A stretch of 63,932 nt of DNA, filler included, from Octopus bimaculoides (lineage: Eukaryota), in NCBI RefSeq assembly GCF_001194135.2. It is 6 parts of 6 records of this genome, joined end to end, with 100 filler letters (N's around TTAATTAATTAA, not from the genome) between each part and the next. Parts side by side here need not be neighbours in the genome. Positions count along the whole stretch, not along the records: positions 1 to 14,270 come from NC_068994.1; 5 more parts are not named here. One strand, 5' to 3'. Below, piece by piece: positions 1 to 12,077 of the stretch (position 1 is the first letter of the stretch; each line of letters opens with the position of its first letter). Position numbers and translations under genes: made by a program. The notes under the pieces are model-generated. The model worked only from the letters and a program-made list of their open reading frames with translations. It was not told the DNA's origin and searched no databases.

Positions 1-6
1 TATATA

Positions 7-912
7 TCATCATCATCATCGTTTAACATCCGCTGTCCCAGCTGGTATGGGTTGGATGGTTTGACTGAGGACTAGCAAGGCAAGAGGTTGCACCAGGCTC
101 CAGTCTGATCTGGTAAGGTTTCTACAGCTGGATGCCCTTCCTGTATCCAACCACTTGAAGAGTGTAGTGGGTACTTTTTACGTGCCCCAGGCACGGTGGG
201 GGGGGGGGCAGTCTGGCAACAGGACCCATCAGGCGACACTGGCACGGGACCCATCAGGTGACACTGGCATTGACCACGGTTGTATGGTGCTTTTTATGTG
301 CTACCGGCATGGATGCCAGTCAGGCGGTACTGGCATCGGCCATGACAATGATTTCACTTGACTCAACAGGTCTTCTAGAGCACAGCGTATTGCCCAATGA
401 TTGAAAGGTACTCTTAAATGGGCCAGTTATGTGACACTGGCATAGGCCATGGTTATGGTCTCACTTGGCTTGCTGGGTCTTCACAAGCACAGCATATCTC
501 CAAAGATCTCAGTCGTTTGTCATTGCTTCAATGAGGCCCAACGTTTGAAGGTTGTGCTTCACCACCTTGTCCAAGCCTTCCTGGGTCTACCTTTTCCACT
601 GGTCCCCTCTACTGTTAGGGTGTGACACTTCTTCACACAGCTGTCCTCATCTATACGTAACACATGACCATGCCAATGTAGTCGTCTCTCTCGCACACCA
701 GCAGAGGTAGGAGCTCTCTGAACTTTGTCCAGGCTATTCTTATTCTAGCAGCTACCCTCTTAGAGTATCCACCCCCACTACTGACTTGGTCACCTAGGTA
801 GCGGAAGTTCTCAACTACTTCTAGTTTTCCCACTGGCATGTGATGGAAGCTGTTTTCTGCACATTTTCAGTCTTTATTGCCCTTGTGCATCTACCACACA
901 CAAAAACTATAT
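7..912 (-). mobile_element. RTE-clade LINE, 3' end (ORF2 C-terminal fragment, repetitive 3' UTR, (GAT)n tail), decayed; runs into a gap
   Basis: Minus ORF 651-839 LEVVENFRYLGDQVSSGGGYSKRVAARIRIAWTKFRELLPLL matches the 12.8-13.4 kb copy. The (CAT)n-CGTTTAAC..GGGTTGGA terminus is shared with copies at 10023, 11488 and 12078. Confidence 0.85.
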
Positions 913-1106
913 NNNNNNNNNNNNNNNNNNNNNNNNNNNNNNNNNNNNNNNNNNNNNNNNNNNNNNNNNNNNNNNNNNNNNNNNNNNNNNNNNNNNNNNN
1001 NNNNNNNNNNNNNNNNNNNNNNNNNNNNNNNNNNNNNNNNNNNNNNNNNNNNNNNNNNNNNNNNNNNNNNNNNNNNNNNNNNNNNNNNNNNNNNNNNNNN
1101 NNNNNN

Positions 1107-1339
1107 TGATAAACAGAAACTGAAAGAAGCCTGCCGTTTGTCCCCCCACCCACCATTGCTTGACAAGCAATGTTGGTGTGTTTATGTCCCTGTGACTTCA
1201 CGGTTTGGCAAGAGAGACTGATAGAATAAGTACTAGACTTACAAAGAATAAATCCTGGTGTTGATTTCTTTGACTAAAAGTGGTGCTCCAGCATGGTCGC
1301 AGTCAAATGCCGAAAACAAGTAAAAGAAAAGAATAAAAG
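1107..1339 (+). mobile_element. tRNA-derived SINE family B, 3' half
   Basis: Matches 15900-16095 (gatagaataagtact...ctccagcatg..cgcagtcaa...aacaagtaaaag). Confidence 0.75.
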
Positions 1340-1699
1340 TATATATATATATATATATATATAAATATATATATCTACACACACACACACACACATTTAT
1401 GTTTAAAACTGAGGTAATATTATGTTTAATGATGTAAAAGAACAGATAGATACATGCAATTAGTGCTCAAGTCGACCTGCTGCCTAATTTCCAACTTGAA
1501 CTGCGACTTATAAAGCATGTGTTTTTATAGCTGCCTAAATGAAGATTGGCTACAGACAGTGTTCCAGTTGAGCAGGTACATGATAATAGAAATAAATTTA
1601 TAAACTGGCAAATCACTGGTATGAGGTTAGTTAATGACATAAACATTGATATAACATGAAGCTAGACTTGATCGATTCACTGTTGATTGCTTGCAGTGA

Positions 1700-2870
1700 A
1701 ATGCACCGTCTGTGCTTCTATTCTTGAAACAGCTGTAAAAGACTACTTGCATACCTTCTTCTTGTCGTCCAGTTTTGGGTCCTACTTACAATAACCAGCT
1801 TTACCTAATATCAAACATTTTCTGTCTGTTGACACAATTGGGATTCCACTATACCTCTTGTGCTCTTACAGTTTACATTGTCTACACAATTTATTCCTAC
1901 CTACACCTTTTTGCAAATTGAATACAAGTATTTTCCAGATGGCAGTAAAGTTTTCTGTATGGTTTGTTGTTAACTAAAACTTTTTCTTTGCTAGGTTTAT
2001 ATTTAGATATCTTGATTCTCAGCACTGCTTTTATGTTGTCAGCTTTTCCACTAATTGTTTGCCTGACTCAGCTATGAGAACTATTTTGTCAGAATACAAG
2101 GTTCCCATGGACAGTTTAATCTTGAACCACTGTTACAGTCTGGCAAACTGTAATAAACAACAGGGGTTGAAAATTGAACCCTTTTGGATCCTTACTAACA
2201 TTTCTGAATATGTTGCTAACTCTCATCTTGTTCACATTACCCATTTACATGGCTTGCACAACTCTCAAGCTATTCATCTACACCTAGCTTTGTTAACATA
2301 CACTCAACTATGGAGAGTGGCCTTTCTCAGGTTCACATGCTCAGTATAGTGGTTCTCTCTTTGCAAAGAATGTTTATAGTTGTCTCTCTAAGAAGAGGGT
2401 ATCAGTGGATTCCTCTCCTGGCACAAACTTAAACTGCTTCTCATTTAAGCTAATTCTCTTTTTAATTAGCTCTACTGTAACCCTTTCTCTGCTATTTTCA
2501 TAATTTAGTTTATCAGTTTAATGCTTTCTTCTCCCTAAGGCATCTAGCAGTTGGCAATGATATTACCACACCAGTTATTGGAGATGACATTTCCTTGTCA
2601 TATTTGATTGAGTGTTCAAGTAACTAGTGCACATTCTACTTTGCCTGATGTTTTCAGCATCTCAGTGAGTATCTCTCATGGTCCAACTACTTTCTCTGCC
2701 TTCATATTCTTGATGGAAGTTTTCACCTGATTGCTGTGTAGTTGTTTGTCAGCTGGTCTTTCTTGGAGTAGTCCCCGTCTCTCCTATGCAGTTTCTTCAT
2801 TCAACAACCTCTCTCTTAGCTCCTGTTTTGCATTAGCCTCACTAATTCTTTTAACTATCCTTGTTAGTAT
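1700..2870 (-). mobile_element. Older, heavily decayed RTE-clade LINE ORF2 (RT region)
   Basis: Manual minus-strand reading across stops and frameshifts gives IKNMKAEKVVGP.EILTEMLK, QFKFVPGEESTDTLFLERQL and LTKLGVDE.LERVVQAM, parallel to QFGFMPGKSTTDAIFLVRQLQ at 13.9 kb. Confidence 0.65.
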
Positions 2871-3837
2871 ATCAGACATAAGTTACTGAAAGAAAATTTG
2901 TGTATTTGATGGCAAAAAAATGTCAAATTATGTAAGAGGAAGGAGCCTGTGAAATTGGAAGATGGAAGAAGACTTAGAAGGAAGTGAAGGATTTTGATAT
3001 TAGAATGTTTTATTTCACAAAAGATATGATGTAGGGACAATAACAATTAAAGAGATGTTGTATTCAAACTGTTTCACTCCAGTCCATGTCAGCATGGAAA
3101 GCTGGTCACAGAAATGATAATAATGAAAAGTAGCTTATAACTAAAATGATTTTATTACTTTTCCATAATTAAATTACTACTTTAATCTAATTAAAATTTA
3201 GTATAAATGTGTTTGATTTTTAAAAAATCTTTGATGCAAAGATTATCTTTAAAATCTGTAAATTCACATTGTTTTAAATTATTCTTGTAGCTTCAAGAGT
3301 TTGATGATATGATTGTTTATTTTTAGAATGACATTGTAGGCTAGGTGTGAGAGCCCAGATCTAGTCCATTTGAACATAAAACAGGTACGATATTTTGCTT
3401 GGATATGGCTGGTTTAAATGCTAAATTCATCATTTTATTATTTTTTCTCTGGTTTCATTCATTGGACTGTTTGTGGATGCTGGGGTTTTGCCATCAGGAG
3501 TTTAAACAAGCATACCAAATAATACTTATTTCACTGATCTCTGTTTGTCAAACTATAAGTTACATAAACATAAACCCAGTTTTTAGGCCAGTGTAAACTT
3601 GAACAGATGACACACATGCACACGCTATTTTTCAGATGTTAAGGTGTGATATGAGGGAAATTTGGTTGCTCTTTCTAGTAGTTTGATCGACCACTTTGGC
3701 TTGTTATCAACAAGAGTGAAGTTTCTGTTAACCATATTCTCATATTTTTTGCAGTGAAATATTCACTTTACTTTAAATTCAAATTACGATGAAAGTAAAC
3801 AAAGTCTGCTTTAGAAGCGTTGAGATGTATTGAAAGA

Positions 3838-4027
3838 TAAGGAAATAATTTTATTCTCAAACGCAGGATAATGCTAATAATATCGCACGAACAGGATAAA
3901 CTACCAATATTTTGCAGAAAAATGTGTCGGTGAGCCAACGCATTTTTCTGCAAAATATGGATAATTTATCCTGTTCATGCGATATTATTAGCATTATCCT
4001 GCGTTTGAGAATAAAATCATTTTCTTA
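3838..4027. mobile_element. Palindromic MITE / foldback (~190 bp)
   Basis: Arms of ~85-90 bp (ttttattctcaaacgcaggataatgctaataatatcgca..tattttgcagaaaaatg and its reverse complement), about 90% complementary, short loop, TA at both ends. Confidence 0.8.
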
Positions 4028-6331
4028 TTCACTTTACTATTTCAATGACTTCTCCAAATGATGGTCTTTGCTAAAGATTCACTCTTTGTGCACTAACACA
4101 ATTAATTATTCCATTCTAAATACCACTAAAGGAACCACTGCATGGATATTTACTGTGCCAGCAATTACAGCAAAACTTTTCTTAAATCACACCATACCAT
4201 CTTAAAAAAGAATACATTGAATTAATGTCCACCTAAAAAAACGGAACATTGATGACCAGATGACTTTCCTCAGTTTACAACAATAACGTTCCTTTCTATA
4301 TTTCCTTAACCCTTTAACATTTAAACCAGCCAAATCAAGATTAAATAGTTTACCTGTTCTATGTTCAAATTGGCTAGATTTGGCCTTTCACACCTATCCT
4401 ACAATGTCATTCTAAAAATGAATAATCATTAAAATCTTGAAGCTACGAGATAATGCGTGATTAATTCAAAACAGTGTGAATAAATATTATATTTGATGGA
4501 GTAACCCGAATGCTAATTGGTTAATAATATTGAGTTCTAAATTTCCATGGAAATTATTGATATATAAGAACTTTTCAAGTAACTTAAATTAGTGGATAGA
4601 GTAAAAATGTTTTTTATAGCACCTTGATAAAACATAGATATGGGAACAAACCAAAGAAGGAGCCTCTACATAGTTGTTCAATCTGCTACAAGTAGTTGCC
4701 AAGTATCCCTCAGATTACACTTTATCATTTTATATCTTGACACTATCTGACAGAGACCTTTACACTCCTAAAATTGTGATGGGCTTGGCTAAAATGGAAG
4801 TCTCATAAATATTTGTTTACATTAAAATTGTTATTTTTAGGTCAATAAGAGCATTGAAAGTAAGGTCAGGATTAAATAATATTAAGAAAAATCTGAGTTT
4901 TGAAAGTGGAATTAACAGAAATTATGTAAATGAGCCTGCTTTCATTGTTAGGAACTAAAATAAAAGTTTTACATTCAGAAGAAAAGGTTGTCAGTTAATA
5001 TAATCAAAAATACATGTTTGATATTTGATATTTGTGACATAGGTGTGAATGAAAACAGTGTAACCAAACTCAATGATGTGCAGTCTGTACTTACCTCCCT
5101 TTACATTCTGACTTCAAATTCTCCTGAACTCAAATTTGCCTTCCACCCTTTTAGAGTCGTCCATACTAACATTGATTAAATTTCTCCAAATTTGTGACTT
5201 TTACCAGAGTTAAATATAAAGTATATAAGATTGTCATGTAGTAATAAATTTAGCTCATTATGTAACTAAAGAATGGTAAACTCTCAGTACTTCTGTGTAT
5301 CTGACGTAACAAGTGGCAACTTACATTAATGTCTGGAGAATGTTAAACTTTAGTTGTATGAGGTCTATATAAAATGCTATGGCAATAAAATAAAGGCAAT
5401 AATTTAAAATTCAGTGTTAAATTAATTATTGTATAAAGACTGCAGGAGAGAGACAGTAATGTATACTCTACAGAAAAGGAAATTAAAAATGCCTAATCAA
5501 TGATTACTGTTTTAAATTATTATTTATTTGTTTTAATACAATATTTTCATAAATGTTTGTGTAATTTTAAAATCAAGTGTATATTTAAATATAAAGCAAT
5601 ATTAATTGATATTTCTTTCTATTTTTCACAGGTTTCTTTTCTTTGTTCTTCAACTTTGGAACCGAAGATGTTAGAAGAGACTAATGATTGCAATTGATTT
5701 TACAAACAATTATAAGTTGGAGTTTCCAAATTTTCTATAGTGTTTTTTCACTGTTTAATGATGGATTATAACATTATTTTTAATACCCATTTGACCTCAT
5801 GTCAGAGAACAATATAACATTGTTCTACCATTTTGTTATGTCAAATGATGAGATTTTGAAACAACTTATTTAAATAATGAAGTATTTTAATAACTGTTGA
5901 TGAAAACATTCTCTTTATCTTTAATCACTTTGGCTGTTTTGCCAGATAAGAGAAGTATCAATTTTTTATGAACAATCATTTTTCTTTTTCAATCTTTTTC
6001 CTCAGTAGTGCACAAACATGACTGTCTGACCAGTTTCTTTCGAAATAGGATTTTATATTTATATCTTTGTAAAAGTAAACCTACTTGTTATTTTATTAGG
6101 CAACTTGCATTTTGTTGCCTTGCTAACTGTTTTGAAACCAATGTTATGCACTAAAAAGAGGAGGCTCACTTTTCAATTTAGATAATGTACTATATTAAGT
6201 ATTTAAAATTTTTAACTTTAAGGATATTTTATTGACCTCATATTGTATATAGATATATATATATATACATATATATATGTGTGTGCGTATGTATATCAAA
6301 ATACATTTGGAAGTCTTAATCAACACACAAA

Positions 6332-8944
6332 ATGTATGCATTTCAACCACTATATGCAATGGGGAATCCTCAGTTCAATTTTACCCCTCCTACATCTGCA
6401 ACTCCAGGGTTACCAACAATGCCGCCAAATGGCCAGCATCTCCATACCAACCATCTGCATCATCATTCAATGAAACGCTCATCTGGAATGAGCAACTGTT
6501 GTGGCAGCAGTAGTAGTAGCAGTGGTGGACCGAATCCTTCAACTTTGCATAATCAGACTTCTGATCAACCAACAATATCTTCACCACCTCCCTCATCTTC
6601 AGCAGCATCACCACCCTTAAAAACTAGTACTCCATCAACCAGCGCTATTTCATCACCAACAACTACAACCACTTCATCAGTGGAACAAAGAAGTGGGACA
6701 GGAATTACTAGTCATTCCCATTCACATCCCTATAACACTACCACTGGTAGTGGCACCAGTGGTGGTGGTAGCAGTACTACTAAACCTTACAAATGTCAAG
6801 TATGCCGGAAGGGTTTTGCACGGAGGTCAACGTTCAACAGCCATGAGCGAACAAGGGATTCAGAAAAACACTTTAACTGTGCATATTGTTCAAAAGCGTT
6901 TCCAAAACGAGATCGTTTGCGATCACATGAACTCACACATACGGGCATCCGCCCTTTTGCCTGTCCAGATTGTCCACGTGCTTTCAGCCAGAGGACTTCG
7001 CTTGACAACCATCGTCGTACACATACTGGAGAGAAACCTTTTATCTGTTTCTATTGTTCAAAGGCGTTTGCCCAGCGGGCTAACTTAGACAATCACAAGA
7101 GAATCCATACTGGTGAACGTCCGTTTTGTTGTTTTTTTTGTGGCAAATGCTTCTCTCAGCGTGCAACCTTAATGAATCATGAACGAACCCATTTTACAAA
7201 TAAATTTAATAACCATCAGAGTAATGGTATCATTGCTAATAACAACAATGAGGATAATGCCAGTGAAAATGGCAACAATGGAAGTAACAGTAGTACTCCT
7301 GCAATGCCATTCTTTCCTGGTCCAGACATGGTTGTGTTTCCTCCGAGGCCTGGACTCACAATGAACAACAGCAATATTTCACCTGAACAATGTGCTACAT
7401 CACCATCATCACAGCATCGAGTTCAGTCAGCAGGTTCTACCTCAACAAAACCATCAGCAGATCCATCATCATCACCATCGTCATCGGCAACTCCAAATAA
7501 TTCATCTCATCTAGGCTCTGGTAAGGCCTCTTTTGGCAGTTTCTCTTCTCATCATCTTAACAATGAGCAGAGATCTAGATCTGACAACCACAACAATGAT
7601 CGGTCTTCTTCATCATCAACACCAACTGGAACTTCTGGTGGTTCAACTGTACCATTTAGTTTTAACTCTAACGCTATGTTCTCACGACGTATGAATATGA
7701 ACCACTTGGGTCCTAATCATGTCATTGGCAACAATATTGTAGATCCTATTGAACAGCGTATTCATGCACGCAGTCTAAAAACATTTGATTGCTCAATATG
7801 CAGCAAAGCTTTCTCTCAGAAAGCAAGTCTTGACAATCATCTGCGCACCCACACAGGTGTTAAGCCATTTACCTGTAGCTTCTGTTGTAAAGCTTTCACT
7901 CAAAGAGCCAGCTTGGATAACCATCGCCGTATACATACTGGTGAGAAGCCATTTAACTGTGACATCTGTCAGCGTGCATTTTCTCAGCGAGCAACCCTAA
8001 AAAACCATGAAAAGACTCACACAGGTTCATCATCACGAGCATTTTCTAATCGTAGCAGTATTGGTGGTAGTGACACTGAAGGTGGTGGAAGCAGCAGTGG
8101 TGGACGAAGTGGACGAAATCGAGGAGGAAGTGGGAGTGGCAGTGGGGGGAGCACGAGTACCCCAACGGAAACATTTTCTACAGGAAGTAGGCATCATTTA
8201 TCAAGGAATGAATCTAAGGCTAATGGTAGTAGCAGTTCTGCTGGCAATGCTACTTCTACTAGTGGAGGTGGTAGTAGTGGCAGTGGTAACAGCAGTGGCC
8301 GTGCTGGTAGTGGCAGTAGTAGTAATAATACTGGTAGTAGTAACAATAATAATAATAGTAATGCAGGTAGTGGAAATAGTAGCAATCATCATTCAAGTAG
8401 TGACCATACTGGCAGTGCTGCGGTCAGCAGTTCTGGCCATGGACACCACCAACAACAACATCATCATTCAAGCCACCAACCACCACCATTGGAAAGTAAT
8501 ACAACCAGTAATAATAGCAACAGCAACAACACTAACCCACACCATCAGCAGCAACATCCTCACCATCATCAACCACAGCACCATAGTAACAGCCACCAAC
8601 ATCCTAGCCATCATCATCACCACCATCATCAACACCAACAAGCCCCTCCACCACAACCACATCCACCACCACCTCCACAACAGCATCATCACCATCACCC
8701 ACACAGTAGCCATCACCATCATCGAGATTCACAGCCCCTTACCCTCAAGCAACAATCATCAAGTATTATTTCAAAGTGGGTGTCATCGACTTGCCTACAG
8801 CAGCGCGGAAGCAGCAATGGTATTGATAGTAATTTTGGTTGGCCATCAACACCACTTGCTCCAAGGTGGAGCACAGGCTGGGCTGATGCAGCTAATACAA
8901 ATCCTTGCGGAGTACTTCACAACAAACAACGGGATTTAAGCTAA
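6332..8944 (+). CDS. C2H2 zinc-finger transcription factor, 870 aa, 8 fingers in two clusters (5+3), intronless ORF
   Basis: CxxC-x12-HxxxH fingers with TGEKP/TGIRP/TGVKP/TGERP linkers at ~6787-7190 and ~7783-8020; uninterrupted 2.6 kb ORF; S/T/P-, G/S/N- and H/Q/P-rich tracts typical of metazoan transcription factors. Confidence 0.95.
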   Translation: MYAFQPLYAMGNPQFNFTPPTSATPGLPTMPPNGQHLHTNHLHHHSMKRSSGMSNCCGSSSSSSGGPNPSTLHNQTSDQPTISSPPPSSSAASPPLKTSTPSTSAISSPTTTTTSSVEQRSGTGITSHSHSHPYNTTTGSGTSGGGSSTTKPYKCQVCRKGFARRSTFNSHERTRDSEKHFNCAYCSKAFPKRDRLRSHELTHTGIRPFACPDCPRAFSQRTSLDNHRRTHTGEKPFICFYCSKAFAQRANLDNHKRIHTGERPFCCFFCGKCFSQRATLMNHERTHFTNKFNNHQSNGIIANNNNEDNASENGNNGSNSSTPAMPFFPGPDMVVFPPRPGLTMNNSNISPEQCATSPSSQHRVQSAGSTSTKPSADPSSSPSSSATPNNSSHLGSGKASFGSFSSHHLNNEQRSRSDNHNNDRSSSSSTPTGTSGGSTVPFSFNSNAMFSRRMNMNHLGPNHVIGNNIVDPIEQRIHARSLKTFDCSICSKAFSQKASLDNHLRTHTGVKPFTCSFCCKAFTQRASLDNHRRIHTGEKPFNCDICQRAFSQRATLKNHEKTHTGSSSRAFSNRSSIGGSDTEGGGSSSGGRSGRNRGGSGSGSGGSTSTPTETFSTGSRHHLSRNESKANGSSSSAGNATSTSGGGSSGSGNSSGRAGSGSSSNNTGSSNNNNNSNAGSGNSSNHHSSSDHTGSAAVSSSGHGHHQQQHHHSSHQPPPLESNTTSNNSNSNNTNPHHQQQHPHHHQPQHHSNSHQHPSHHHHHHHQHQQAPPPQPHPPPPPQQHHHHHPHSSHHHHRDSQPLTLKQQSSSIISKWVSSTCLQQRGSSNGIDSNFGWPSTPLAPRWSTGWADAANTNPCGVLHNKQRDLS

Positions 8945-8993
8945 GAGAATTTGAATTAAACTGTATGTACTGCCATACAAAGCAAAACACACA

Positions 8994-9041
<48 letters not shown>

Positions 9042-9886
9042 TACACCACAGATACACCTGTTAGTGTGTAAATATGAAAAAGTATGTGTGTGTGTATGTG
9101 TGTGTATAAGTGTGTATACAGAAATATACATATGTAGTATATTATATTTAATTAATTCTATGCTAAAACTAAATTGTCTACTAATCGTTTTTTAAAAACT
9201 AAAATAGCCAAGTACTTTTAATGTATTTAAAGAGGTGTATATGCATACAGTGAATTAAAAAAAATAGTTAAGACCATCCAACACTTGTATGATGCTGTGC
9301 ATTCATCATTACTATTCACTCGTGGTAAACTTCACATATATCATTCAAACATTCTTGTACATATACAAATAATAACATATGTGTGTATATATTTATAATA
9401 GTATAGACATTTTTATGTACACACATACATTCAGAAGAATAATGTAAGTTTGTATATGTATATACACCAAAATATCAATATAAATATGTACTCATATTTG
9501 TATGTGATAGTGTGTGCTTGCTTTCACAATGCATTGATACACGCGTGCATGCACACACACACACACAAAAATATAGTCATGGAATCACACACATTACAAA
9601 ATTTCAATCATGTTTTACACTGACAAATATTTCGCTTATACATTTGAACATATATATGTAAAACTCATAGAGTTTGAAATGTTTGAAATAAAAAAATAAA
9701 AAAACCTTCATGATAAACACACATACAAGCACACTAACGTATCCACACACACAATAAAAATGTGATTTTAATTTCAACCAGATTCATTGCTTGATTTTCC
9801 TTCCTATTGTGCTTCTATACCTATGTATGATTTCATTGTAATGTATATGTATATACTTAAATGAATATGTAAAATCATGGTTTATA

Positions 9887-9892
9887 AATAAA
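9887..9892 (+). terminator. Candidate polyadenylation signal of the ZNF gene (another AATAAA at 9687)
   Basis: AATAAA ~950 bp after the stop codon, followed by GT/T-rich sequence. Such hexamers are common in AT-rich DNA. Confidence 0.35.
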
Positions 9893-10022
9893 TTGTTGAT
9901 GTATATAAAAGTATGTAATAATGTATTTGTGTTCACATTATAATCATCTGCATATGTGATGTCTCTTTGTATGGTGAGTGCTTATACAAGTCCATATATG
10001 TGTGTGCTTTTGTGTGAATGGT

Positions 10023-10300
10023 ATCATCATCATCATCATCATCATCATTTAATGTCCCTTGTCCATGGGTTGGACGGTTTGACCATGGTTGGCAAGCTGG
10101 ACTCTAGTCTGATTTGGCATGGTTTCTACGACTGGATGCCTTTTCTAATGCAACCTCTCCAAAAGTAAAATGGGTGCTTTTTATGTGCCATAAGCATGGG
10201 TACCATTTGCATGACACTAGTGTCTGCCATGACTATGATTTCACTTGGTTTGATGGGTCTTCTTCTTTAGCACGGAATAATGCCATAGGTCTTGGTCATT
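10023..10300 (-). mobile_element. RTE-clade LINE 3' UTR-only copy
   Basis: (CAT)n tail, then gggttggacggtttgac..ctggatgcc..gatttcacttgg, homologous to 7-360. Confidence 0.75.
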
Positions 10301-10349
10301 TGTCAATTGTATATGTGTTTATATTTGTATCCATCCATCTCTTTCTCTT

Positions 10350-10385
<36 letters not shown>

Positions 10386-10492
10386 AAAAAAGTTTAGACT
10401 CCAGGTGAATATGGTACTTAAGTTTAGGCACCAGAATTAAGTATGGTATTATCCATACAAATTCAAAATAAGGTGATTAAAATCACAATAAG

Positions 10493-10782
10493 CAAAGTTA
10501 ATGCAGTACGATCGTTTCATGCGACTCCATTTATTTAAGCAACGTGAACATTAGATCAAATGTAAAATGCAGAGCAATCCTCAGCTGCAGAAAGATATAG
10601 AAATTTACTGAAATTACATTTCAACAGAAGGACATATTTTTATAACTACATTTAAACTCTCCAAGTAGAAAGGAAGAATCCAAAAAAACATTTTGACTTA
10701 GTCAGACCATACAGGCTACAGTAATGTTCATATTGCTTAAATAAATGGAGTCGTATGAAATGATCGTACTGCATTAACTTTG
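10493..10782. mobile_element. MITE with ~60 bp terminal inverted repeats
   Basis: caaagttaatgcagtacgatcgtttcatgcgactccatttatttaagcaacgtgaacatta (from 10493) versus the reverse complement ending at 10782; 4 mismatches. Confidence 0.75.
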
Positions 10783-11112
10783 GATATCCTTGTTGCTTAT
10801 TTTGATATCTATCTATCTATCTCTCTATCTATCTATCTATCTATCTATCTATCCAGCTATATATAATTATATATATGACATATGTCATGTGTTTGTATCT
10901 TGTTATTATTGTTATTATTATATTGTATAACAATATACAAATATTGTTATATTTGTATGTTGTTATTATTGTAAACAAACAAGTAAATTGACAAAATACA
11001 ATGTCTGCAAGTTGATGACTACCACCTATTCCCCTCCATTTTCTTATTGCTATATTTATATATATATATATATATATATAGATATTAATATTTCTAAGTC
11101 TCTCTAAAGGAG

Positions 11113-11145
<33 letters not shown>

Positions 11146-11487
11146 TATNNNNNNNNNNNNNNNNNNNNNNNNNNNNNNNNNNNNNNNNNNNNNNNNNNNN
11201 NNNNNNNNNNNNNNNNNNNNNNNNNNNNNNNNNNNNNNNNNNNNNNNNNNNNNNNNNNNNNNNNNNNNNNNNNNNNNNNNNNNNNNNNNNNNNNNNNNNN
11301 NNNNNNNNNNNNNNNNNNNNNNNNNNNNNNNNNNNNNNNNNNNNNNNNNNNNNNNNNNNNNNNNNNNNNNNNNNNNNNNNNNNNNNNNNNNNNNNNNNNN
11401 NNNNNNNNNNNNNNNNNNNNNNNNNNNNNNNNNNNNNNNNNNNNNNNNNNNNNNNNNNNNNNTATATATATATATATATATATATAT

Positions 11488-11945
11488 ATCATCATCGTTT
11501 AACGCCCGCCTTCCATGCTAGCATGGGTTGGACGATTTGATTAAGGACTGGTGAACCAGATGGCTGCACCAGGCTCCAATCTGATTTGGCAGAGTTTCTA
11601 CAGCTGGATGCCCTTCTTTACGTCAACCACTCCAAGAGTGTAGTGGGTGCTTTTACGTGCCACTGGCACGAGGGTCAGTCAGGCGGTACTGGCAACGGCC
11701 ATGCTCAAAATGGCGTTTTTTACATGCCACCTGCACAGGAGCCAGTCCAGCGGCACTGACAACAACCTCGCTCGAATGTTTTTTCATGTGCCATTGGCAC
11801 AAGTGCCAGTAGGGCGATGCTGGTAACTATCATGCTCAAATGGTGCTATTTATGTGTCAGTGGAACGGAAACCAGACCGCTGCTCTTGCAATGATCACAC
11901 TTGGACAGTACTCTTAGCATTCCACTGGCATTGAATTTGGTCAGT
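11488..11945 (-). mobile_element. RTE-clade LINE 3' UTR copy with several internal subrepeats
   Basis: catcatcatcgtttaacgcccgcc terminus; repeated ttttacgtgccac..ggc..ctcaaa(a)tgg modules. Confidence 0.8.
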
Positions 11946-12022
11946 CATCATATATATATTTATATATATGTATTTATATATATGTATTTATATATATATG
12001 TATTTATATATATATAAATATT

Positions 12023-12076
<54 letters not shown>

Positions 12077-12077
12077 T

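Noticed and set aside
8007-8939. 310 aa overlapping +1-frame ORF within the ZNF gene
   Set aside because: The main frame here has few codons with T at position 2, so +1-frame stops are rare by composition; no domain is recognisable.
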